This document shows positions 35,931-45,653 of a stretch of DNA of 64,000 bases, piece by piece. Made by a program: the position numbers and the translations under genes. Each line of letters opens with the position of its first letter. Position 1 is the stretch's first letter. This DNA comes from Selaginella moellendorffii (Eukaryota; Plantae; Lycopodiophyta): contig NW_003314262.1 in the NCBI RefSeq assembly GCF_000143415.4, positions 5,738,304-5,802,303 of the forward strand, read 5' to 3'. Under the pieces are notes generated by a model. That model searched no databases, was not told the DNA's origin, and saw only the letters and a list, made by a program, of their open reading frames with translations.

Positions 35931-36802
35931 TGGAGCTAAATCACCTTTTCAGCAACTTGCACTTTTTTATTTCTTGGCTGCATCACAGCGCCCTTTAAAG
36001 ATGAGCTTGTGTAGAATTTGGGAGAAATTTCCTCTTGCAAAAGCAGGACAGGAACAAGGAGAGAAGCTCAAACCTTCTTGAGAGATGCCTCCAGTGTCGG
36101 AGAGAAGAAGATAAAGACTTAACTAGTTAGTTGAAAGTGAAGAGACACAAACACACACGAGGAAAGAACTCTATATCTCAATTGTGCTTAACATCAAGTG
36201 GTTGATCCAAGCTTGAATCTAAACTGGAATTGTGCCTAGTTAGTTTAAGATGATGAACATATAGAGTTGATGTACAAAAAACTCATCAGAAAACTTGGTT
36301 CTTAGTCTTAACTTTGCTTACACACACTCTTGCTCATTATTATGGCTTCAATATTGCTATTAACATGTGGTTTTGGCTGTGAATTACCAGGCTCCCACTT
36401 CTGCTACTATTAGGCACTTGAATCTCCATAAATATCCTTCCCCTTATAAAGAATTGTTATGACCTAATTCTTGTTGAAATTTTTTAATCTCTCAATTTCC
36501 CACTGGCCTAATACTTTAATACAACACCTCCACAAAAACCTCAAGCATTGCAAAAGGGATTGCAATCGAGAGGTTCATCATCCTCCTTATCAATGATAAG
36601 TGGTCAACAAATACCATGCCCAAGATCAAGGAACTAATTGCTTCAATACCACTTTATATCTCAATTGTGTATGGATGGGTATATATAAACTATTGTTACA
36701 TGGATATAACTACACTCTAGTGTCAATGTTTTCTCTCTATATTTAACCTCTCTAATGAATGTTTGATGAAGAAGGTCAATCAAACTAATGAGCTTTAACC
36801 AG

Positions 36803-37031
36803 TAGCTGAGATTGAGGAGGCGCCATGTCATCATCAGAAATGTGGTTCGAGACTCAGGAATCGTATGGGAAATCATAGAGTCAGGAATAGGGAAGTGTCT
36901 TGAAAGTCAGAAATAGGGAAGTGTCTTGAGAGTTAGGAATAGGGAAGTGTCTCGAGAGTCAAGAATGTGGTCTGTGGGTTAGGAATCTGGTGAGAGTCAG
37001 GAATGTGGCAAGAATTAAGGGATTTCTGACA
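36803..37031 (-). repeat. 3' LTR of the outer chromovirus (truncated on the left), with 26-bp tandem repeats
   Basis: Matches 49543-49771; about three units of GAGTCAGGAATAGGGAAGTGTCTTGA. Confidence 0.85.
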
Positions 37032-37042
37032 ATACCCCCTCC

Positions 37043-38139
37043 TCAAGAATGAGTGGAATGAGGACATGAATGAGAACGAAGAAGAGGATGAAATGGGCGG
37101 CGAGGGATGGGAGATGGAGAATGAAAGAAATGAGGATTGGGACGAGAAAGATAGTGGTAGTGGAAGTCCTGAGCAAAGTCAAGAGAATGAATTAAGTTGT
37201 CCACAGGTCCCCAAGTGTGTTCCTCAAGTCCATAACCTTTCCAGTCTACCAAATAGTAGAGTTTAGATTGTGAGATCTTGGAATCAAGGATGTTCTAAAC
37301 CTCGTACTCAAACCCATTTTCGAGCTACGCTGGTGGAGGCAAAGAAATAACCCAATTTGGAATAGGACTAGGAATATAAGGCTCAAGGAGAGAGGAGTGA
37401 AAAACGGGGTGAATTTGATATGAAGAGGGAAGTGCAAGGTGATAAGTGACAGGATTAATGATAGCAGTGATAGGGAAAGGACCAAGGCATTTGAAATTGA
37501 GTTTGGGACATGGTCTGGTGGTTGAGATATTTCACCTGAGGAGCCAGACTTTATCCCCGATATTGTAAGGTGGACAATCTTGATGATGGACATTGGCAAA
37601 TGTTTTGTGAGATTCTTGAGCACGATAGAGGTAAAAGGAGATGGAGTTGTGGATTTCCTGGAGGTTGGAGATAAATGCCTCAGAGCGGGAATTTGAATGA
37701 GAGGATTTGGATGCAGAAGGAAGTGAGAGATTGAATCAGAAATTTCAGCTAAAGTTTGCAAAGAAGGGGGAAACTTGAAAGGAGGAGTGAACAGACTTGT
37801 TATAGGAGAACTCAGCAAGGGGAAGGATATCGAACCAGTCATCCTGATGATAGTTGATAAAGCACCTCAGGAATTGTTCCAACATTTGAATCGTTCGCTC
37901 AAACTGTCCATTAGTTTGAGGATGATATGCCGAAGAAAGGTTAGCCTTCACTCCAAGCAGTTGCAAGAACCATTGCCAAAAATGAGAGATGAATTGAGGT
38001 CCCCAATCCGAAACCACATTTGCAAGAATCCCATGAAGTTGGAAAATTTCCCTAAATACCAGTTTTGCCATGTCCTCACCCGAAAACTCCTTGGTACATG
38101 GCAGGAAGTGCACCGTCTTTGTGAAGTGATCCACCAAAA
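37043..38139 (-). pseudogene. Integrase core/C-terminus and chromodomain of the outer element
   Basis: VDHFTKTVHFLP, VVSDWGPQFISHFW, LSSAYHPQTNGQFER, YLVDWKGYGLEEHTWGPVDNL. Confidence 0.9.
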
Positions 38140-39216
38140 TGTAAGCGACTAAATTTTCCATTCTACTTTAGTCACTTAACCACACCTCTGACCACTTGGA
38201 GGAGTCTCATTCACAACCTCCATAAGTGCAATCCAGGACTTGGGACTTGCTAGCCCCGAGAATGGCATCCATGCCACTCAACATTTGCACTTGGTCCAAG
38301 TGCTCCATGTGTCCGATCCCATGACCGACACTCAAAGGTACCACCGACATAGCAGCCCGTTACGCTAAGGCCATGCCCAATCACCTTTGCCACACTGGTA
38401 GTCCAATACCACTTGCATCACAGTCTTGGCTCTCCAAGACTAGGCAAACCATCCGTGAGTGGTCATCTCAGATCCACTCCTTAGCATCCTTAGGATGCCC
38501 ACCGACAAGGGGAATAGCCTTCCCCAATATCCCTCTGTCAGTCCCCACTAAGTCCCTTTCTGCCCCTGGTCGTGTTTGCCAACACTGCCACTGGATCGAG
38601 ACCCACAGGCCCGACCACTAAGTCCCACAGTCCTCTGGGTCTTCCTCACCACACGACTGTGTCCTTGGTCACTACCCCAGAGGACTACTCCTCTTCCTTT
38701 CCACAGTCTGGGCCTTTGGGACAACATCTCGGAACACCGTGGCCTTACGCGAGCCACCTGGGTACTCTCCTCGCCTTCTGCCCTTGGGTGCTCTAGCCAT
38801 GGGCTTAGAGCGGGTTCCGTTGAGCCACACCAGGTATCCAAGTAGGTAGTGCCACCCACACTTGGGCTGGGAGCATCGGCCAGTCGATCTCCCGGGGGAA
38901 CTACAGCCGGCTTTTGAACACTTCACCAAGCTACCCCGCTTGTCGGTCCGTGTTCACTCTAGTCTTGGACTTCCCAGTGGGCAGCTCATCACCCAACACT
39001 GGGTCCGGCCTTCCTGGGCCAAACTGGCCTTTCCTGGCCAAACTGGCTCCACTGCAGTCCTCCCCCTACTATACTTTTGGAGCTCACCAAACCCCCCAGG
39101 GTCTGGGAGACGAACGCTTTGGGCTTTCACCCTCTCGGACTCGGACTCGGACTCGGACTCGGACTCGGACTCAGACTCGGACTCGGGCTCGGGCTCGGTC
39201 TCGTTCTCGGTCCTGA

Positions 39217-39254
<38 letters not shown>

Positions 39255-39778
39255 CCGGTCTCGGTCTCGACTTCGGACTCCATCTCGGACTCCATCTCGG
39301 ACTCCATCTCGGGTCCATCTCGGACTCCATCTCAGGTCCATCTCGGACTCCATCTCGGACTCCATTTCAGGTCCATCTCGGGTCCACCTCGGACTCCATC
39401 TCGAACTCCATTTCGGGTCCATCTCGGGTCCACCTCGGACTCCACTTCGGACTCCAACTCGATTCCATCTTGGACTCCACTTCGGACTCCAACTCGAGTC
39501 CATCTCGGACTCCACTTTGGACTCCAACTTGGGTCCATCTCAGACACTTCCACGTGTCATGTGTTGGTCCTTTTTGGGTCCCTTTTTGGAGCCTCACTTT
39601 TTGCTCGCTTCGTGCTCGTTCCTCGAGCACTTCTTTGGGAGTTCCACTCCCGCTCTTGACTTTTCAAGTCGAAGCTTTTGGTCCAAACGTGTTACGCTCG
39701 TTTGGCTCTCGCTTCAGCCACTACCGCGTGGCACCCTTCCCGACTCCACTTTGGGGCCTAGGGATTTTGTGTCTCACA
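38140..39778 (-). repeat. 3' LTR of the nested element (1639 bp)
   Basis: Near-identical to 43965-45648. Confidence 0.95.
39135..39545 (+). repeat. (TCGGAC)n and CTCGGACTCCAT-type tandem array in the 3' LTR
   Basis: Hexamer run followed by degenerate 12- and 24-mer units. Confidence 0.95.
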
Positions 39779-40779
39779 ACTCCACCACCCATAGACGAAG
39801 TTCGATGTCCTCATCGAACGGTAAACCATTTTGTAAAGTAACACTCGCATGTGTTACCATTTCCATCCTTGGCACCTAGCCAATATTTGTCAATGGTTTG
39901 ACATTGAAGGCTCACCATGCCTTTTGCATATGCCTCAATGGTTTGACACCAAAGGCTCACAATGCCTTGCCTATCCTCTAAGGAGGGTAGTCTCTCCAAC
40001 TTAGAGATTGATTGGACCAGATGTAGTGGTTCTCTCCTTTTATTGGTTTAGTTCTCGCTAAACCTCTTAGAGACCCTTCTCTAAGTCAATCCCACTACTC
40101 CTTCTTGAGTAGTCTCAATTTCCATCTATGGAATGTTTGCACCTTGGAACTTTTACTCTTTTGACTTTTGGAAGTCAATTTCCTAGGTGTCTCCAACACC
40201 TTGCATTGCACAGATTGTGCAACTCCACTTCCCTATCCTAAGAAGTTCATTACTTGAGGGCACCATCATCCTCTCTTCTATTTCGTGCCACCTTAGGCAT
40301 TAAGTTCTATTTATCACACTTTGTGCTAGGGTTGTCCATCGCCCTATCATTTGGCTACCTTACCACTCCCTCCCTTGGAGCTTCCACTTTCGCCAAATCG
40401 GAGTAATTCGGAATCCATCCTTGGAAACACACTTCCTTTTCCGCAATTTGTTAGCGTCCAACACATTAGTGTTCCTCGCCTAACTTTGTCACTTGGATTC
40501 CTTCCCAGGGATTCCACGGCCCTATCTTGGCCACTCATCTTTTGCTCCTATCCGTTGATTGTTGCACCAAGCAACATCGAATCTCTACCTCCCTCCTTGA
40601 GGTATTCTTTTGATTCCATAGCAAAGGCTCTGCTTTGCCAAGACTAGGGTGTTCACCCCTAGTAAGTCTCTTTTAGCATCTTCTGCTGTGGGCTCTATCC
40701 TCAGCCCAACTTTGTGACCCTCTCATGGGTCTCTTTAGAGATTACTTTCCTTGGACACACTATGCCATCGCAATGACAT

Positions 40780-43730
40780 AGCTCATTTCCCTAAGGTGCT
40801 TTTCCCACTTGGTCACCTTGACCAAGCCACACCATCATCAATAGTTCAAATCAACACTTTGAACTAGGAACCTTATTCCTTAACCCAAACAAGGACCTTG
40901 TCCTTATTTAGCCACAAGATCACCTAGTGATCTCACCTCGGCACCTTAACAGGTTTGCCAATAGGTACTAGGTCTTCCAGACCTTTAACTTGTTAACTAC
41001 GACCCCGGGGGCATCCCCCACACTTGGCGGTGCGCCCAAGCTAGCCCTTCCGGCCAAGGGTCCATAGCAACTGAGATTAGGTGTCCCCATCTCACTCACC
41101 ACGTCCTTGGTGCCACTTGCACCAAAGCGTTCAAGTTAGATATGCCGAGCTTTCACACTAAGCAATCTAACCGTGCATCACGACTCCGAGGCATCCCTCG
41201 CTTGGCGGTGTGCCCAAACCAGTCTCCCCACTGAGAGTCCATGACCACCGAAATATGAGTGTCCTCATATTCCAAACCATCACTACGCTCTAGTGATTTG
41301 GGACTCGAACCCAAGCACTAGAGGGTCGGGACTCGAACCCAACCTCCGTATATGCATCTACGGACGGCATCACACAAGATGCCTGGCGTGACTCCCCACG
41401 CCGGTGCACCAACTTATTTTTAAAGCGCGCTACAGATCACAGCTTAGGAACCTAGTTCCTCCACACTGCCAAGTCCTCTCACTTGACATGTCTGTGATCA
41501 TGCATGGACTCCTCCATGCTCGGCCCCATGGCCCACCCTTTTTGAAGTTATCACCTTCAACTAGGGTATTTGTTCCCCCGACGTGCCAATCTCGCTTGGC
41601 AAGTCCTCCAACCACTATAACATGGTTCCTGCATAAGCGTGAAAGTCCTTGACCATCGACTTTCGTTCAAAGCCCTCTCTTGAACACTTGGAAACTACTT
41701 CCCTAACCTTGATAGCCTTGCCTCATGGCAAGCTTCAAGACCACGCTTCTGCTGTGCCATTCTGATTTCGCGCGTTCCATGAACCATTTACACTTGGCCT
41801 TTCTAGGTACTAAGCTACCTAGAATCGTCTTTGGGAACTTTGAAGGGACCCTGTCCCTCAGCTTGCTAAGGCCTCCCTTTTTGCAAGCCTTCAAAATGCC
41901 ACATAGTCTAACATGGACAATTCCATATTTTAGACTCTCCATGGCATCACGGTTGCTAGCGGCAACACCCTCGAGCCCCCACTTGATTCTCCACTCCCAG
42001 CTGGCATAACTAACCTTGGTTATGCCCTTTGATTCCTATGGTTCAGTTCTATCCCCTTACTTCTTGCTTTTTGGCTTCACACCTTTCTTTTGGTCATTCT
42101 CCTCCAGACTAGGAGGATAGCTTTGCACTTTCTATCACGCTTTAGCAAGTATTCTTAGGGATGAACCTACCCAATAGCCTAGGGAGTGGTTCCTCAATCT
42201 GGGTATGCTCACCTTATAATCCCACACACTGGGATTACATTGTTGCTTATGGGCCTTTACATGCCCATCACTAGCCTTGCCAAAATTCCATTTTTGGCTT
42301 TGTCCAACTCGGGTAGATAGTCTTCTCCTGTCTCCGCAACCTTGGACATTTGGATAGCACCTTCTATCCATCATTCGCTAGGGACTTAGTCCCTTGGGCT
42401 TTATCCATTGCCCTCGCGACATCAAACACCACCTTCTGGTGTTCTAGAGTGTCCGGGTGTCCCAATGATGGCTTTCTTGACAATGAGTATTTCCTTTTAT
42501 GACATTGACTTACTATATCGCAACACAAGCAACTTATCCCCCGTAAGGGTATATCCAACTTCCTTATGCTATTAAGAAGTCTTGGGTAGCTACCTTCTAC
42601 CCGTTTAACCAGTTATTTTGCACCTCTTGCTTAGTTGCCTCATAGTTGTCAAGTCCTACAACTCATTGCTTGGTGCTTTCACACCTCCATCATTATCTGG
42701 GTCACCACACTCCAACTGCATGCTCTGCAGCTTAGGCTATGCCATTCCCATTTCCATTGGGATTCCTTTGGCAAGGGGTTCTCATGAACCCACCAACAAA
42801 GCCTCAAGGTATCACACCTTGGCACATTTGGTGTCTCCACACCATCGGCTCCACGAGCCTACTTCTATGACATTTCCCTTTCGTGTCTAAGTCTTTGCCA
42901 AGACCAACACCGCTCTTTCTTATGCCAACCATCCGTTAGCACTGCCCCATAGAGGTCACACACAACTTTATGTCAAAGTTGTTTTCTTCTGGGAACACCT
43001 TTCCCATAACTTTAGCATGGCACATTTTGCCATCGATGAGATACCCTTTGTTCTCATCCTTGGATCCTATGATCCCCCCCCCATCCTTGGTGGGGTACAA
43101 CACACCTCAGTCCAAATGCTTCCATCAGTCCTTTTAGGACCATCCCTTGACTCTACTTGAGTCATCCAGCAGTTTTGGACTTGGTTAATCCACAGACCCG
43201 TAAGGTCCTACTTGTGAGGCACTAGCTCACTGGAATACACTTCTTGCATTCCTGTCCTACTCAAAAGGACTATTTTCACAAGTGTTACTCCGACACTTGA
43301 TTTTGTTCTCTGGGGGCAACTTTTGCCCCTTAGCACTATTTGTCCATGCGATGAGAATACCACTCATCTCTAGGTACACCCCCCAACTCCTTGGGTTGTT
43401 CCAGCATTTATTAAAGGTAGCCCCGGCTACCATTTCAAGGACTTGAGTCCTCTTCCGTATTTGACTTTCCACGGTCATTACCTTTGGTCTCACATTTATG
43501 AGCACCAACCTCAACTATATGAGGATAATCTTGTGACTCCTTTATTGTTTTGGAGTCTCTATCTTTCCCGTGATCCCAACTTTAGTTGTTTACCACAACA
43601 ACCTTAGCCAATTTGCTGAGACAAATGCTCATCCAGATCACATCCTCAACTCAATGAGTGTCGCGACAGGTAACTTTCGATACCCGAAGTCACATTCGCA
43701 CTTTTGATACCCGAAGTCACATTCGCGACA
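40780..43730 (-). ncRNA. Putative structured non-coding RNA domain (dense stem-loop array) in the nested element
   Basis: Dozens of 5-9-bp perfect hairpins, often adjacent; compensatory changes between duplicated modules; expression not shown. Confidence 0.5.
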
Positions 43731-43949
43731 ATGAGGAAAACCTTGCACTGTTCCTAAGATCCCAAAGTCGTTCCATTATTGGCCCTTTTCTATCTACCAC
43801 CGCATCTACAAGTTCACACATGAACTGTAATGGAGAGCCATGTCTTCCCGACTTGCTACTCCTCAAGGATAGGCCCACTCCTCGGACCTTCCGATGCCAA
43901 CACTAGTGGTGATATACTTGAGCACCAATAAAAGTCGAACTAAGGAACG

Positions 43950-43961
43950 GCTCTGATACCA
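43950..43961 (-). promoter_or_regulatory. Primer-binding site complementary to the tRNA-iMet 3' end
   Basis: Plus-strand gctctgatacca reads TGGTATCAGAGC on the minus strand, 3 nt inside the 5' LTR end. Confidence 0.95.
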
Positions 43962-43964
43962 AAT

Positions 43965-45081
43965 TGTAAGCGACTAAATTTTCCATTCTACTTTAGTCAC
44001 TTAACCACACCTCTGACCACTTGGAGGAGTCTCATTCACAACCTCCATAAGTCCAATCCAGGACTTGGGACTTGCTAGCCCCGAGAATGGCATCCATGCC
44101 ACTCAACATTTGCACTTGGTCCAAGTGCTCCACATGTCCGATCCCATGACCGACACTCAAAGGTACCACCGACATAGCAGCCCGTTACGCTAAGGCCATG
44201 CCCAATCACCTTTGCCACACTAGTAGTCCAATACCACTTGCATCACAGTCTTGGCTCTCCAAGACTAGGCAAACCATCCGTGAGTGGTCATCTCAGATCC
44301 ACTCCTTAGCATCCTTAGGATGCCCACCGACAAGGGGAATAGCCTTCCCCAATATCCCTCTGTCAGTCCCCACTAAGTCCCATTCTGCCCCTGGTCGTGT
44401 TTGCCAACACTGCCACTGCCCACAAGCCCGACCACTAAGTCCCACAGTCCTCTGGGACTTCCTCACCACACGACTGTGTCCTTGGTCACTACCCCAGAGG
44501 ATTGCTTCTCTTCCTTTCCACAGTCTGGGCCTTTGGGACAACATTTCGGAACACCGTGGCCTTACGCGAGCCACCTGGGTACTCTCCTCACCTTCTGCCC
44601 TTGGGTGCTCTAGCCATGGGCTTAGAGCGGGTTCCGTTGAGCCACACCAGGTATCCAAGTAGGTAGTGCCACCCACACTTGGGCTGGGAGCATCGGCCAG
44701 TCGATCTCCCGGGGGAACTACAGCCGGCTCTTGAACACTTCACCAAGCTACCCCGCTTGTCGGTCCGTGTTCACTCTAGTCTTGGACTTCCCAGTGGGCA
44801 GCTCATCACCCAACACTGGGTCCGGCCTTCCTGGGCCAAACTGGCCTTTCCTGGCCAAACTGGCTCCACTGCAGTCCTCCCCCTACTATACTTTTGGAGC
44901 TCACCAAACCCCCCAGGGTCTGGGAGACGAACGCTTTGGGCTTTCACCCTCTCAGACTCGAACTCGGACTCGGACTCGGACTCGGACTCGGACTCGGACT
45001 CGGACTCGGACTCAGACTCGGACTCGGACTCGGACTCGGACTCCGACTCGGACTCGGCCTCGGTCTCGTTCTCGGTCCTGA

Positions 45082-45113
<32 letters not shown>

Positions 45114-45648
45114 CCGGTCTCGGTCTCGACTTCGGACTCCATCTCGGACTCCATCTCGGACTCCATCTCGGGTCCATCTCGGACTCCATCTCGGGTCCAT
45201 CTCGGACTCCATCTCGGGTCCATCTCGGACTCCATTTCGGGTCCATCTCGGGTCCACCTCGAACTCCATCTCGGACTCCATTTCGGGTCCATCTCGGGTC
45301 CACCTCGAACTCCACTTCGGACTCCAACTCGAGTCCATCTCGGACTCCACTTCGGACTCCAACTCGAGTCCATCTCGGACTCCACTTTGGACTCCAACTT
45401 GGGTCCATCTCGGACACTTCCACGTGTTATGTGTTGGTCCTTTTTGGGTCCCTTTTTGGAGCCTCGCTTTTTGCTCGCTTCGTGCTCGTTCCTCGAGCAC
45501 TTCTTTGGGAGTTCCACTCCCGCTCTTGACTTTTCAAGTCGGAGCTTTTGGTCCAAACGTGTTACGCTCGTTTAGCTCTCGCTTCAGCCACTACCACGTG
45601 GCACCCTTCCCGGCTCCACTTTGGGGCCTAGGGATTTTGTGTCTCACA
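43965..45648 (-). repeat. 5' LTR of the nested element (1684 bp)
   Basis: Near-identical to 38140-39778, with a longer hexamer array. Confidence 0.95.
44952..45415 (+). repeat. (TCGGAC)n and 12-mer tandem array in the 5' LTR
   Basis: About 18 hexamers at 44952-45059, followed by 12- and 24-mer units. Confidence 0.95.
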
Positions 45649-45653
45649 CAAAA

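Larger units (their letters stand above)
38140..45648 (-). mobile_element. Non-autonomous (LARD-like) LTR retroelement, 7.5 kb, nested in the host integrase
   Basis: LTRs 38140-39778 and 43965-45648 (TG...CA); TSD CAAAA at 38135-38139 and 45649-45653; PBS TGGTATCAGAGC (minus strand, 43950-43961); PPT GGGTGGTGGAGT (minus strand, 39779-39790); no recognisable gag/pol in the 4.2-kb interior. Confidence 0.95.

Noticed and set aside
36095-36365. Possible solo LTR (TG...CA)
   Set aside because: No matching target-site duplication and no second copy in the window.
36860-36970. CRISPR-like repeat array
   Set aside because: Contiguous 26-bp tandem repeats without unique spacers, inside an LTR of a eukaryotic genome.
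38862-39841. Long ORFs in several frames with SD, RT, LG, ES and RD dipeptide repeats (also 44679-45575), resembling Sdr adhesins or RS proteins
   Set aside because: By-product of a stop-free hexamer microsatellite inside the LTRs; no coding context.
41288-41402. Genuine tRNA gene
   Set aside because: T-arm-like hairpins are present, but there is no acceptor stem, D-arm/A-box or anticodon arm with correct spacing.
38140-45648. Retrozyme (hammerhead-containing LTR element)
   Set aside because: No CUGANGA...GAAA core with proper stems was found by eye in either LTR. The CTGATGA in the outer LTR (~36831-36837, minus strand) lacks stem II/GAAA and is not conserved in the other LTR. An Infernal search would settle this.
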